DNA from: a bacterium
Lineage (GTDB): Bacteria; UBA8248
Direction of reading: 5' to 3'
Assembly: GCA_965213625.1 (NCBI GenBank)
Contig: CBDBZU010000004.1
Location: 992,001 to 1,056,000, forward strand
DNA length: 64,000 nt
The position numbers and the translations under genes are program-made. Positions 10,162 through 20,857 of this stretch are shown piece after piece (within the stretch, counting starts at the first letter, position 1; each line of letters opens with the position of its first letter). The notes under the pieces are model-generated. The model had not been told where the DNA came from. It saw nothing but the letters and a program-made list of their open reading frames with translations, and ran no database searches.

Positions 10162-10587
10162 ATGTTCGCGATTGCAAAGCGTACGGATTACGGCTTGATG
10201 GCTCTATGCTACCTCGCGGAGTGCGAAGAGGATGCGGCCATTACATCGCGCGCCATCGCAGAGAGGTTCCACATTCCCGCCGAACTGCTTGCGAAGACGA
10301 TGCAGCTTCTGGCCAAAAACGGACTCGTGGAGTCGAGAAACGGGCCCAAGGGCGGCTACGTTCTCTCGCGTAGACCGGAGACGGTTTCGGTGGCGGAGGT
10401 CATTCGAGCCATCGAGGGACCCATCGCCATGGCGACGTGCCAGATTGGCGACGCCACGGGTTGTGAACAATACGAGAAATGCACCATTTTTTATCCCATG
10501 GAAAAGATCCAGAGAAAGGTGACCGACGTGCTTGAGGGAATGACCCTTCAGGACATGGTGGGTACGCCGGCAGGAGAGATCAGATGA
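10162..10587 (+). CDS. iscR: Rrf2-family Fe-S cluster regulator (IscR-like)
   Basis: [29 protein letters not shown], three C-terminal Cys; first gene of isc operon. Confidence 0.85.
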   Translation: MFAIAKRTDYGLMALCYLAECEEDAAITSRAIAERFHIPAELLAKTMQLLAKNGLVESRNGPKGGYVLSRRPETVSVAEVIRAIEGPIAMATCQIGDATGCEQYEKCTIFYPMEKIQRKVTDVLEGMTLQDMVGTPAGEIR

Positions 10588-11804
10588 GCTTGAAGTTCCC
10601 GATATACATGGATTACCAGGCGACGACGCCCATGGACCCGCGGGTTCATGAAGAGATGAATCCCTACTTCGACGAGAAGTTCGGAAACGCTGCGAGCCGC
10701 AACCACAGCTTCGGCTGGGAGGCGGAGAAGGCCGTGGACGACTCCCGGGAGAAACTCGCCGCCGTCATCAATGCGGACCCGCGCGAGATCATCTTCACGA
10801 GCGGGGCCACGGAGTCGGACAACATGGCGCTCAAGGGCGTCGCCGAGATGTACAAGAAAAAGGGCAACCACATCATCACCTCGGCGATCGAGCACAAGGC
10901 CATCATCGATTCCGCCAAGCGCCTGGAGACCTGGGGTTTCGACGTCACCTACATCGAGCCTCCAGAGGACGGCATCACGACGGCCGAGATGGTCGAGGAC
11001 GCCATGCGCGACGACACCATCCTCGTCTCCATCATGGCGGCGAACAACGAGGTCGGCGTGCTGAACCCCATCGCCGAGATCGGCGCGCTGTGCCGGGGCC
11101 GCGGCATCCTCTTCCACACGGACGCCACGCAGGGCTACGGCAAGATTCCCATCGACGTAGAGGAGATGAACATCGACCTCCTCTCGGCCTCCGCGCACAA
11201 GGTCTACGGGCCCAAGGGCGTGGGGTTGATTTATGTGCGCAGGCGCAGGCCGCGTGTGCGTCTTTCGGCCATCATCGACGGCGGCGGCCACGAGCGCGGA
11301 ATGCGATCGGGCACGCTGAACGTTTCGGGCATCGTCGGCTTCGGCAAGGCGGCCGAGTTGTGCATGGAGGAGATGGAGGAAGAGAACATCCGCCTGACGA
11401 ACCTGCGCGACAAGTTCAAGGCCACCATGTTCGAGAGCTTGGAAGATGTGTACGTGAATGGACATGAGACCAATCGCCTCTCTGGCAACCTGAACCTGAG
11501 CTTCCCCTACGTGGAGGGCGAATCGCTCATCATGGGGCTGAGCGACGTGGCCGTATCCTCAGGCTCGGCCTGCACATCGGCGAGTCTCGAGCCGAGCTAC
11601 GTGCTCAAGGCCATGGGCCGGGGCGACGAATTGGCGCATTCATCGATTCGTTATGGCTTCGGGCGCTTCTCCACCGAGGAGGAGATAGACTACGTGGCCG
11701 AGAAGACGACGGACATCGTGAACCGGCTTCGCGAGATGAGCCCGCTCTATGAGATGGTGAAAGAGGGCGTGGACCTCTCCAAGGTGGAATGGCAGTCGCA
11801 TTAA
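10584..11804 (+). CDS. iscS: Cysteine desulfurase IscS
   Basis: [46 protein letters not shown]-terminal MSPLYEM..EW. Confidence 0.97.
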   Translation: MSLKFPIYMDYQATTPMDPRVHEEMNPYFDEKFGNAASRNHSFGWEAEKAVDDSREKLAAVINADPREIIFTSGATESDNMALKGVAEMYKKKGNHIITSAIEHKAIIDSAKRLETWGFDVTYIEPPEDGITTAEMVEDAMRDDTILVSIMAANNEVGVLNPIAEIGALCRGRGILFHTDATQGYGKIPIDVEEMNIDLLSASAHKVYGPKGVGLIYVRRRRPRVRLSAIIDGGGHERGMRSGTLNVSGIVGFGKAAELCMEEMEEENIRLTNLRDKFKATMFESLEDVYVNGHETNRLSGNLNLSFPYVEGESLIMGLSDVAVSSGSACTSASLEPSYVLKAMGRGDELAHSSIRYGFGRFSTEEEIDYVAEKTTDIVNRLREMSPLYEMVKEGVDLSKVEWQSH

Positions 11805-11887
11805 AGGAGCGTTAAGCTTATTTTGATTTAGAGCCTGCGGCTCACGGAAACTCAGATTCGCAGTGATTGGAAAAAGGAGAATGAAAA

Positions 11888-12298
11888 ATGGCTTACAGCG
11901 ACAAGGTGGTCGATCATTACAACAACCCGCGCAACGTCGGCTCGCTCGACAAGGCCGACCAGACGGTAGGCACGGGCGTCGTCGGCGCGCCCGAATGCGG
12001 CGACGTGATGAAGCTTCAGATCAAGGTGAACGACGGCGGCCTCATCGAGGATGCGAAGTTCAAGACCTTCGGCTGCGGAAGCGCCATCGCATCGAGTTCC
12101 CTGGCCACCGAGTGGCTCAAGGGCAAGACGGTGGACGAGGCCGAGGAGATCAGGAACACGCAGATCGTCGAGGAGTTGAACCTCCCGCCGGTGAAGATTC
12201 ACTGCTCCGTGCTGGCCGAAGACGCCATCAAGACCGCGCTGAACGATTTTCGCGAGAAAAACGGGATGCCGGTCGTCGAGCGCAAGGGCCACCACTAG
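11888..12298 (+). CDS. iscU: Fe-S scaffold IscU
   Basis: MAYSDKVVDHY.NPRN, APECGD, FKTFGCGSA, LPPVKIHCSVLAEDAI. Confidence 0.98.
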   Translation: MAYSDKVVDHYNNPRNVGSLDKADQTVGTGVVGAPECGDVMKLQIKVNDGGLIEDAKFKTFGCGSAIASSSLATEWLKGKTVDEAEEIRNTQIVEELNLPPVKIHCSVLAEDAIKTALNDFREKNGMPVVERKGHH

Positions 12299-12329
12299 AA
12301 GCGGGCGATTCATCTGCAAGGGGTAGGAT

Positions 12330-12686
12330 ATGGATACCGCCGCGAAAAGACTGAGCATCGAGATAACCGACAAGGCGGTGGAGCACGTGAACCGCTTCAG
12401 GGAGAAAGAAGGGGCGCAAGGTCACGTCCTCCGCGTCGGCGTGAAGGGAGGAGGCTGCTCCGGGCTTTCCTACGTCCTCCAGTTCGAGGGTGAGGAACGC
12501 ATCAATCAGCTCATGGACGAAGTGTTCGAAAAAGACGGCGTCCGGGTGATCGTGGACAAGAAGAGTCTCTTTTTCCTGGCGGGCACCACGCTGGATTTTG
12601 AAGACGGGCTGATGGGCAAGGGGTTTGTGTTCAAAAACCCCAACGCACGCCAGTCCTGTGGTTGCGGGGAAAGCTTTTCCGCGTAA
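12330..12686 (+). CDS. iscA: Fe-S carrier IscA/HesB
   Basis: RVGVKGGGCSGLSY, NPNA..SCGCGESF. Confidence 0.95.
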   Translation: MDTAAKRLSIEITDKAVEHVNRFREKEGAQGHVLRVGVKGGGCSGLSYVLQFEGEERINQLMDEVFEKDGVRVIVDKKSLFFLAGTTLDFEDGLMGKGFVFKNPNARQSCGCGESFSA

Positions 12687-12699
12687 CGCAACCGGGATG

Positions 12700-12747
12700 A
12701 AACGCGCCGCGCCCATACCACTTGGGATAGCGACGCGTTTTTCTTTT
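12700..12747 (+). terminator. Putative intrinsic terminator between iscA and hscB
   Basis: AAACGCG...CGCGTTT imperfect stem followed by TTCTTTT. Confidence 0.45.
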
Positions 12748-12791
12748 GAGTTCATAGCGCCCGGCGGTTCATGCGGGCCTGGAATCGTGAG

Positions 12792-13433
12792 ATGAGCGAA
12801 GCGACGAAAGAAAAGCCTTTTTCCGTTTTCAATGAAGATGGCGAGATTGAAGCCATCCCCGCCGAGGTCGATCATTTTACTTTGCTGGGCGTTCGGCGGA
12901 AATTCAAGGCCGATGCCGATGCGCTCGAGGCCAGATTCTACGAACTGAACCGGAAACTTCACCCTGATTTCTTTATGGATGCGCCCGTCGCGGCGCGGAT
13001 TCGGAGTCTGGACGCGACGGCCCGCATCAACGAGGCGTACCAGACCCTCAAGGATCCGATTGCGCGCGTCGTCTACCTCGTGCAGCTCGAAAGCGGAAAG
13101 CTCGAGGAAAACGAGCGGAGACCCCCGCCCGAGCTGTTCGAGGAGATATTCGAGGCCCAGGAGGCGGCGGCGGAGTTTCAGTGCTGCGCGGACGAAGAGG
13201 AAGCCGAGAACCTGCGCGAACGCTTGAGCGCGGCCATGGGATGTTTTTCCGCACTCAGGGACGGCCAGCGCACGGCGCTCGACAGGCTGGGCGCCGACTG
13301 GGACGAAGCGGTGGAAAATGACGAGCCCGTACCACCTGAAGTCGTCAAAACAATGCGCTCCATCCTCGGACAGAGGAACTACATCGAGAACACCCTCACG
13401 AGCCTCAAGCGCGCCCTGGAGGAGAGCGAATGA
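12792..13433 (+). CDS. hscB: Co-chaperone HscB
   Basis: J-domain DHF.LLG, HPDFF, INEAYQTLKDP..R..Y; position between iscA and hscA. Start uncertain (12771 or 12792). Confidence 0.9.
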   Translation: MSEATKEKPFSVFNEDGEIEAIPAEVDHFTLLGVRRKFKADADALEARFYELNRKLHPDFFMDAPVAARIRSLDATARINEAYQTLKDPIARVVYLVQLESGKLEENERRPPPELFEEIFEAQEAAAEFQCCADEEEAENLRERLSAAMGCFSALRDGQRTALDRLGADWDEAVENDEPVPPEVVKTMRSILGQRNYIENTLTSLKRALEESE

Positions 13434-15265
13434 GCGATATCGTCGGGATCGACCTGGGCACGACGAACAGCCTGGTCGCTTCCGTGTCGGGAGGGGAGCC
13501 TGCGATACTCGCCCCAGAAGGCGAGCGCGGCATCGTTCCTTCCGTGGTCAGTTTTCACTCCGACCGCGTTCTCACCGGCGATGAGGCGCAGGAAGAGCGC
13601 GTCTCCAACAGCCGCAACACCATATTTTCCATCAAGCGATTCATGGGCAGGGGCTATGAGGACGTGAAAGACGAGATGCGTCACCTGCCCTTCGACGCGG
13701 ACCCCGATGAGCGGGAAGTCGTTCATATGCTGGCGCAGGGCCGTTCCTACAGCGCGCCCGAAGTCAGCGCCCTGGTGCTTAGACGACTCAAGTCAAGGGC
13801 CCAGAAAACGCTCGGCAGGCCCGTCCTCAGGGCGGTGGTAACGGTTCCGGCGTATTTCAACGACGCGCAGCGCCAGGCGACGAAAGATGCAGGCAAGCTC
13901 GCGGGCCTGGAAGTGCTCCGCATCATCAACGAACCAACGGCGGCTTCTCTCGCCTATGGCCTTCATGAGCGAAACCGCGGTGTCGTCGCGGTCTACGACC
14001 TGGGTGGGGGTACGTTCGACATCTCGCTGTTGAGGATCAAGGACGGCGTGTTCGAGGTGCTCTCCACCGGCGGAGACACCCACCTGGGCGGAGATGATTT
14101 CGATCGGGCGATCTCTCTCCATATCCAGAAAGGAATTCATGAGCAACATGGCGTGGATTTGAGCGAAACGCCCGAAGCGCTGGCCGAGCTCGCGCTATTG
14201 GCCGAACACGTCAAGAAGACGCTCTCAGACAGCGAATCTACGGAATACATTCTCGAAAACCCCGGCGGCGTCCCGCTCTCTCATAAGGGAAGTCTCACCC
14301 GAGAGGAGATGGAAGCGCTCCTTTGGCCCATTGCCCAGCGCACGTTGGCGCCTTGTAGGCGCGCGCTTGCGGACGCGGACCTCACGCCTGGAGGGGTGGA
14401 TGAAGTCGTTCTGGTGGGTGGGTCCACGCGCATGCCCCTCATCCGCCGCATGGTGGAGGAGTTGTTCGAAAAACGCCCGCATGCGGACCTGGACCCGGAC
14501 GAGGTGGTGGCCCTGGGCGCCGCAGTGCAGGCGGATATCCTGGCAGGCGGCCGAAAGGACATGCTGCTCCTCGACGTGACGCCGCTGTCTTTGGGCATCG
14601 AGACCATGGGCGGCGTCATGGGGTGGATTATTCCGCGGAACACAACCATCCCCACGAGCGCCAGGGAGACCTACACCACCTTCAAGGACAACCAGACGGG
14701 CGTGGACATCCATGTGCTCCAGGGCGAGCGTGAACTGGTGAAGGACAACCGCTCGCTCGCGCATTTCCGCCTGACCGTCGACCCGGCCCCCGCCGGACTC
14801 GCCCGGGTGGAGGTGACGTTTCTGCTCGACGCGAACGGCATCCTGAACGTGACCGCCCGGGACCTCAAGAGCGGCAAGGCGGCCTCGGTGGATGTGCAAC
14901 CCTCTTACGGGCTGACGGACGAGCAGGTAGAACGCATGCTCATCGAATCTTTCGAACACGCCGAGCAGGACATCCGCTCCCGACAGGTTCTGGACGCCAG
15001 AACGGAGGCGGAGACCATCCTCATGGCCACGGTCCGCGCGATGAACGATTATGGAGAGGATGCCGTTTCTCTCGAGGAACGCGCGAAGATTCAGGCAGCC
15101 GTGAGCGCGCTGGAAGAGTCCTGCCGGTGCGAGGATGCAGGCCAGATTCGCGACATGGTCGACGCGCTCAACGAAGTCACAATGCCGCTCGCAGAGCGGA
15201 TGATGGATAATGTTTTGAAATCTGCCTTGGAGAACAAGAGGGTGAGCGAAGCCCTCAACGACTAG
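13430..15265 (+). CDS. hscA: Fe-S assembly Hsp70 chaperone HscA
   Basis: [44 protein letters not shown] motif; isc context. Confidence 0.95.
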   Translation: MSDIVGIDLGTTNSLVASVSGGEPAILAPEGERGIVPSVVSFHSDRVLTGDEAQEERVSNSRNTIFSIKRFMGRGYEDVKDEMRHLPFDADPDEREVVHMLAQGRSYSAPEVSALVLRRLKSRAQKTLGRPVLRAVVTVPAYFNDAQRQATKDAGKLAGLEVLRIINEPTAASLAYGLHERNRGVVAVYDLGGGTFDISLLRIKDGVFEVLSTGGDTHLGGDDFDRAISLHIQKGIHEQHGVDLSETPEALAELALLAEHVKKTLSDSESTEYILENPGGVPLSHKGSLTREEMEALLWPIAQRTLAPCRRALADADLTPGGVDEVVLVGGSTRMPLIRRMVEELFEKRPHADLDPDEVVALGAAVQADILAGGRKDMLLLDVTPLSLGIETMGGVMGWIIPRNTTIPTSARETYTTFKDNQTGVDIHVLQGERELVKDNRSLAHFRLTVDPAPAGLARVEVTFLLDANGILNVTARDLKSGKAASVDVQPSYGLTDEQVERMLIESFEHAEQDIRSRQVLDARTEAETILMATVRAMNDYGEDAVSLEERAKIQAAVSALEESCRCEDAGQIRDMVDALNEVTMPLAERMMDNVLKSALENKRVSEALND

Positions 15266-15303
15266 AAACCGCGGACAACTCGAGCGGAGCGCAGGGGAAG
15301 AAA

Positions 15304-15660
15304 ATGGCGAAACTTTATTTCACGGAAGAGAAGCAGACGATTGACATCCATGTGGGTGAGAACATTCTCGAAGTGGCGCTTGAAAACGGCATCGACCTGG
15401 ATCATGCCTGCGGCGGCGTATGCGCCTGCTCGACGTGCCATGTGAAGATCCGCACCGGTGCGGATTCCTTCAACGAATCGACCGATGACGAGGAAGATCA
15501 ACTCGATGACGCGCGTGACGTAGACCTCGACAGCCGCTTGGCCTGCCAGGCGACTCTGGAGGAGGACACGGACGAGGTCATCGAACTAGAGGTGCCGTTC
15601 TGGAACGTGAATCTCGTGCAGGAAGGCCCGGACGCGGCCCGGGAGCAACACGCTCATTAG
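15304..15660 (+). CDS. fdx: ISC-type [2Fe-2S] ferredoxin
   Basis: HACGGVCACSTCHV, SRLACQ. Confidence 0.95.
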   Translation: MAKLYFTEEKQTIDIHVGENILEVALENGIDLDHACGGVCACSTCHVKIRTGADSFNESTDDEEDQLDDARDVDLDSRLACQATLEEDTDEVIELEVPFWNVNLVQEGPDAAREQHAH

Positions 15661-15685
15661 TAATTTTGTTTCAGGAGAAAAATTG

Positions 15686-15904
15686 GTGGATACGTTTGGC
15701 TGGGAAGACGCCGAGGATATCGGCATCGTGCTGTATGAGAAATTTCCGAAGGTAGACCCGCTCTCCGTCCGTTTCACCGATTTGCACGAGTGGGTATGCG
15801 AGCTGGAGGAGTTCAAAGACGATCCGATGTCCTCGACGGAGGGAAAGCTCGAGGCCATTCAGATGGCGTGGCTCGAAGAATACAAGGATGCGCAGGAAGC
15901 ATAA
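15686..15904 (+). CDS. iscX: Fe-S assembly protein IscX
   Basis: W.DAEDIG..LYEKFP..DP..VRFTDL..W..LEAIQMAW; RBS AGGAG. Confidence 0.93.
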   Translation: MDTFGWEDAEDIGIVLYEKFPKVDPLSVRFTDLHEWVCELEEFKDDPMSSTEGKLEAIQMAWLEEYKDAQEA

Positions 15905-15998
15905 TCATTTTTCCCGTTTATCGAACAAGCGGCGCTGCTTTTCCGGCCGGTGCGCTCAGGCATTAAGTACTTACAAAGAATGATTCGAGGCGAGTGAC

Positions 15999-16808
15999 GT
16001 GAGCGAAGAACAACGTGCGGACGGAAAAATACTGCTCTCCAGGAAAGATGCGGTGGCGACGATCACCTTCAACGCGCCCGAGCGGCTGAACGCTATCGAA
16101 TATGAGATGTGGGTGGAAATCGGCAGTCTCATGCCCGAGCTCGACGCGGACGATTCGGTGCGCGCCGTCGTCTTCAGGGGTGCCGGTGAGCGCGCCTTCT
16201 CCGCCGGTGCGGACATCTTGCGCTTCAAGCAGGAGCGTTATAGTTCCGAGCAAGCCAAACATTTCTCGGAAACAGGTTTTCTGCGCGGCCTCGATGCGGT
16301 CGATGCGTTCTCAAAACCCGTCATCTGCCTCATACGCGGCGCCTGCGTGGGCGGGGGCGTGGAGCTCGCCGCCGCTACGGACCTGCGGGTCGCGGGCGAG
16401 AGTTCGCGTTTCGGGATTCCTGTGGCCAAGCTCGGCCTCGTGGCGGGATATTCCGAGCTCAGGCGATTCGTATATTCCATCGGCCCCGCGCGCACGCTGG
16501 ACATGCTGCTCACCGCCAAACTCTTCACGGCCCGGGAAATGCTCGATGCAGGCTTTCTGGCGCGCGTCGTGCCGGATGAAGAGGTGGAAGCTGCGGCGTA
16601 CGGGATGGCGGAGCGCATCGTTTCCCTGGCGCCACTCGTACACAAATGGCACAAGAGCTTCGTGAAAAAGGTGCTTCTGGACCCGAGCCTCTCTTCTCTC
16701 ACCGAAGAAGAGAAGGCGCGCGAGGTCGCTTGTTTCGATACAGAAGATTTCAGAGAGGGCGTGGAGGCGTTTTTGAACAAGCGTACGCCTGAATTCCGGG
16801 GAAAATAA
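15999..16808 (+). CDS. Enoyl-CoA hydratase/isomerase family protein
   Basis: AFSAGADI, GACVGGG.ELA, FGIPVAKLG, EDFREGVEAFL.KR.P.F.GK. Confidence 0.92.
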   Translation: MSEEQRADGKILLSRKDAVATITFNAPERLNAIEYEMWVEIGSLMPELDADDSVRAVVFRGAGERAFSAGADILRFKQERYSSEQAKHFSETGFLRGLDAVDAFSKPVICLIRGACVGGGVELAAATDLRVAGESSRFGIPVAKLGLVAGYSELRRFVYSIGPARTLDMLLTAKLFTAREMLDAGFLARVVPDEEVEAAAYGMAERIVSLAPLVHKWHKSFVKKVLLDPSLSSLTEEEKAREVACFDTEDFREGVEAFLNKRTPEFRGK

Positions 16809-16813
16809 TACTG

Positions 16814-18016
16814 ATGAGCCGAAAGACGGGAGGGCCGCTCGAGGGCGTACGCGTGCTGGAGGTCTGCCAGGTGATGGCCGGCCCGTTCTGCGGGTGCCTG
16901 CTGGCGGATATGGGTGCGGACGTCATCAAGATCGAAAATCCCGACGGCGGGGACAGCGCGCGCCATCTCGGCCGCTATTTCGACGGCGGCGAAGCGCACG
17001 GCTTCATGAACCTGAATCGCAACAAGCGCAGCATTTCGGTGAACATGAAAACGCCGGAAGGCGTCGCGCTCATGAAAGAACTCGCGAAAAAGGTCGACGT
17101 GTTCGTCGAGAACATACGGCCCGGCATCATGACGAGAATCGGCCTGGGTTATGAGGACTTGAAAGAACTCAATCCCGGTCTCGTCTACGCTTCCATCTCC
17201 GGCTATGGCGACTCCGGCCCTTTCGCGGGCAAGGGCGGGTTCGATCTCGTCTCACAAGGCCTCTCGAGCCTCATGAGCTTCACGGGCGAACCCGGCGGCG
17301 CGCCTGCGAAGATACCCGTTCCGATATGCGACTTGAACGCAGGCATGTACACGGCGCTCTCGATTCTCTCCGCCTACATCCACAAGCAGCGAACCGGCGA
17401 AGGCCAGCGCATCGACATGGCGCTGACCGACGCAGGACTCGGCTACACCTTCTGGCAGGCGTCACAGTTCTTCCCATCGGGCGAGCCGCCGGAACCGCTC
17501 GGCTCCGCACACGAGATGACGGCGCCTTATCAGGCATTTCAGTGCAAAGACGGCTATCTGGCCCTGGGCGCCGCCAACCAGAGAAACTGGGAGCTATTCT
17601 GCGGAACTATCGGGCGGGAAGATCTTCTCGATCGCGAGGAATACGCGACCGACGGCTTGAGGCGCGAGAACTATCTCGCACTCGCGGGTGAGCTGGACGA
17701 GGTGTTCATCGAAAAGTCGCGAGACGAGTGGGTGGCGCTTCTCGATTCAGGCGGAATCCCCTGCGGGCCGATTCTGAACATGGCGGAAACCTTTGCGCAT
17801 CCTCAAGTTCAGGCCAGGGAGATGAGCGTCGAGATGGAACACCCCGCGGCGGGACGGATACGGGTTCTCGGCTTCCCGCCCAAGCTGTCCGAGACGCGCG
17901 TCGGCGTGAGAACGCCCGCGCCCCTGCTGGGTGAGCACACAGACGAGGTGCTGCGTGAGTTCGGAACGAGCGAGGATGAAATAGCAAACCTGCGAGAAGC
18001 GGGCGTCGTGGCCTGA
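16814..18016 (+). CDS. CaiB/BaiF class III CoA-transferase
   Basis: PLEGVRVL, AGPFC..LADMGADVIKIE, NRNKRS, ENIRPG, ISGYG..GP, APLLGEHT. Confidence 0.95.
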   Translation: MSRKTGGPLEGVRVLEVCQVMAGPFCGCLLADMGADVIKIENPDGGDSARHLGRYFDGGEAHGFMNLNRNKRSISVNMKTPEGVALMKELAKKVDVFVENIRPGIMTRIGLGYEDLKELNPGLVYASISGYGDSGPFAGKGGFDLVSQGLSSLMSFTGEPGGAPAKIPVPICDLNAGMYTALSILSAYIHKQRTGEGQRIDMALTDAGLGYTFWQASQFFPSGEPPEPLGSAHEMTAPYQAFQCKDGYLALGAANQRNWELFCGTIGREDLLDREEYATDGLRRENYLALAGELDEVFIEKSRDEWVALLDSGGIPCGPILNMAETFAHPQVQAREMSVEMEHPAAGRIRVLGFPPKLSETRVGVRTPAPLLGEHTDEVLREFGTSEDEIANLREAGVVA

Positions 18017-18020
18017 GCGC

Positions 18021-18734
18021 ATGGCCAAACCGCCGCCGCCCCTCTCCCCCGGCGTCTATCTCGTCGCCACACCGATTGGTAATTTAGAAGACATCACTGA
18101 ACGCGCCCGCCGCGTGCTGGAAGAATGCGACCTCATTGCCTGTGAGGATACGCGCCATACGGGCAGGCTGCTCTCCCGTCTCGGCGTCAAGAAGCCCCTC
18201 GTCAGCTACCATGAGCACAACGAGGCGAGGCGCGCGGGCGAGCTGGCGGAACGCGCGCTGGGCGGCGAGCGCGTCGCCGTGGTGTCGGATGCGGGCACGC
18301 CGGGCGTCTCCGATCCAGCCTACCGGGTGGTGCGCGCCGCGATAGAAGCAGGCGTTCAAGTCGTTCCCGTACCCGGAGCGTCTTCCGTTCTGGCCGCGCT
18401 CACCGCCTCGGGTCTTCCCACCGACAGCTTCGTATTCGAGGGGTTTCTTCCTTCCAAGGGCCGGAAGAGACTTCAAAAGATCGAGGCGCTGCTCGAAGAG
18501 GAGCGCACGGTCGTCGTGTTCGAATCCCCCCACAGAACGCCAAGGCTCGTGAGTGAAATCGCCTCCATCGCCCCCGCACGGCCCCTCGCCCTTGCGCGCG
18601 AGATCACGAAACTCCACGAGGAGATTTTAAGGGATACGGCGCAGGGGCTGGCCGATACGCTGAAAAACAAAAAGATAAAAGGCGAGTGCGTCCTGCTTAT
18701 GGGGCCGAAGCGCATGGAAAAGACGGACGATTGA
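18021..18734 (+). CDS. rsmI: 16S rRNA (cytidine1402-2'-O)-methyltransferase RsmI
   Basis: VATPIGNLEDIT, CEDTRHT, VSDAGTPGVSDP, FEGFLP, FESPHR, REITKLHEE. Confidence 0.97.
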   Translation: MAKPPPPLSPGVYLVATPIGNLEDITERARRVLEECDLIACEDTRHTGRLLSRLGVKKPLVSYHEHNEARRAGELAERALGGERVAVVSDAGTPGVSDPAYRVVRAAIEAGVQVVPVPGASSVLAALTASGLPTDSFVFEGFLPSKGRKRLQKIEALLEEERTVVVFESPHRTPRLVSEIASIAPARPLALAREITKLHEEILRDTAQGLADTLKNKKIKGECVLLMGPKRMEKTDD

Positions 18735-18813
18735 GGGCGGAAGGCAAGCCTGAGTGAATTGTTGTATGATCACTGTTTCCCAATTACTCGCCACGCCTTC
18801 AGGAGGTCACGTC

Positions 18814-19683
18814 ATGACGCGCCCACCTATCGTAAAAATTGCAACGCTCGCCCTCACAATCTCATTCGTCTTCATATCCACCGCGTCCGCTGCAACCAAG
18901 AGCGGCCCGAAGACGACGGTGGAGGGCATCGTCGCGCAAGTCGGAGACATTCCCATAACATTGGAGGCGTTTTACACCTTCATCAACGAGTTGCCGTCCA
19001 ACATGCAGGCGCAGGCGAAGGCGAACAAGGCGGCGTTCCTGGAAGCCCTCATTCAGCGCATGCTCATGCTCCGGCATGCGGATGAAAGTAATTTTCTGGG
19101 TACCGAGCGGGTGAAAATGCAGTTGGCGCGCGCGCGGCGCGAGATTCTCATCGGCGAGGCGCTTCGCAGAATCGAGGAGGGTTCCAGACCCAAGGCGGCC
19201 GAGATTCTCGCGGAGTATGAGCAGAACAAGGTGAAATACACCGAGCACGGGAAAGTCACCGCGTCCCACATCATGGTCTCGTCCGAGAAAGAGGCGAAGG
19301 ATCTGCTGGCGAAGATCGTGAAGGGAGAGGATTTCGCCGAGCTGGCGAAGAAGTACTCCCTGGCGCCCGAGCGCGCGCTCGGCGGAAGCCTGGGGGAGAT
19401 GGAACGGGGTTCCAGCAAAAGGACGGGTCTGCCCGAGATTATCGAGCAGACGGCTTTTTCTCTGGAGGCAGGCGCGCACAGCGGCGTGGTTCGCAGCATC
19501 TACGGCTGGCACGTCGTGAAAACCTCCAAAAAGGAGGGAGGCAAGCAGCTCAGCTTCCTGGACGTGCAGGAGAAGATCACCAAAGAGATGGGCGAGCGCA
19601 ACAGGCAGGAGGCGATGCGCCAGAAGTTTCTGGAACTCACCGAACGCTACGAGGTGAAAAGGTATTTCGAGAATCTCAAATAG
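18814..19683 (+). CDS. PpiC-type peptidyl-prolyl isomerase (PrsA/SurA-like), secreted
   Basis: Signal peptide ending ASA; ASHIMV, FAELAKKYS, GGSLG, AFSL..G..SGVV.S.YGWHVV. Confidence 0.92.
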   Translation: MTRPPIVKIATLALTISFVFISTASAATKSGPKTTVEGIVAQVGDIPITLEAFYTFINELPSNMQAQAKANKAAFLEALIQRMLMLRHADESNFLGTERVKMQLARARREILIGEALRRIEEGSRPKAAEILAEYEQNKVKYTEHGKVTASHIMVSSEKEAKDLLAKIVKGEDFAELAKKYSLAPERALGGSLGEMERGSSKRTGLPEIIEQTAFSLEAGAHSGVVRSIYGWHVVKTSKKEGGKQLSFLDVQEKITKEMGERNRQEAMRQKFLELTERYEVKRYFENLK

Positions 19684-19764
19684 CCATTCCTGCCTTGGTC
19701 CCTGGCTATCTCTTTCATGTGTCCCCGCCGCTGGGGCGGTCTCTAAGAATATGTGGATGAGCAA

Positions 19765-19793
19765 GGAGGGGACGAGAGTCGTCTCGCCCCCTC
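19765..19793. repeat. Palindromic hairpin between convergent genes (REP-like or bidirectional terminator)
   Basis: GGAGGGGACGAGA-GTCG-TCTCGCCCCTCC imperfect inverted repeat. Confidence 0.45.
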
Positions 19794-19798
19794 CCGGT

Positions 19799-20853
19799 CT
19801 AGAAGTTGTAACTGAGCGAGAGGACGGCCTTGGTTCCTTTGGATGCGATGAGATCCACGCCGCCGAGGTTCACCGTGGCGTCTTCGTAGTTCAAGCCGAA
19901 GTTCGCAGATAATCCCCGCGCGATGTCGTATTGGACGCCCAGGGCGGCGGAAGTCTTCTCCTCTCCTTCGACCCGTCCGTAGTGGCCTTCGACGGAGACG
20001 CTCAGGACGCCGAATTTAATGCGTACGCCCGTTGAGACGTACCATTGCTCGAACTCCAGGCCGGGCGATGAGAGGGTTTCATAGCCCGCGCCGAGATCGA
20101 ACAAGGCGCTGCCGTAGATGAATTCGCCCACGCCGCTTACGGCGCTGGTGTCGAACCGCCTCAGCCCGTCAGCTGAAGTGAACGCGCCCTGGGTGTATCG
20201 CGCCGTCAGCCGATAGTCTTGCTCACCGATGGGACGTTGATACATTGTCCCGATGTCGAAGCCCCCCTCCTCATCCACCGCTGCGCTCAGGACCCAGGGC
20301 CCGAGACGAATATGATAGCCACCGCCCGACTTATCGAGTGAACCGAAGACGTCGTCGAAGGAGAGAGAAGACGCTCCCGCCCCGCGCGCCGGGTCTGGTT
20401 GCGAACGAGTTCCGTTACGTTGCCGACCGCCGCCGTGCCCCAGATGCCGCCGATGGAGAAGACGGCGTCGTCCTCGTATTCCTCATCCACGCGAGAGGCG
20501 AAACCCGCGTCGGGGTTGTCTTGTGGGTCGGTGGCGTAGCGCCCCGAATAAGTCAGGCGCACCCGCCAGCGGTTGGATAATTGCGTCTGTGCGCCGAGCT
20601 GAAAACCGCCGTTAAAACTCTCGTCCGTGTCTTCGCTTTCCCGGCGATAAGTCCACACGCCGTCCACCTGGCCTTTCGCAACGAGCGTTACGTCGCCGAT
20701 TTCGGTGGCGAGAGGCGCTTCGAGCAGCGACATGTCATCGTAATTGAGAAAGGCATCCTGCGCCCCGGCGGGTCTGGTCGACCCGATGGCGCAGATAAAA
20801 ATAACCGCCGCCCCGAGAAGGCGAAACCACGCAAATTTATTATGTCTCGCCAT
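19799..20853 (-). pseudogene. Outer-membrane porin-like beta-barrel protein, frameshifted near 20385
   Basis: ORF 20287-20853 has a signal peptide (AGA-Q) and beta-strands. The other frame reads cleanly from about 20385 (RGAGASSLSFDDVFGSLDKSGGGYHIRLGPWVLSAAVDEEGGFD) into ORF 19799-20278, which ends in an OMP beta-signal VLSLSYNF. Confidence 0.75.
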
Positions 20854-20857
20854 GTTC

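Noticed and set aside
13430-15265. Hsp70 as dnaK
   Set aside because: The isc context, adjacent hscB and PSYGL motif indicate HscA.
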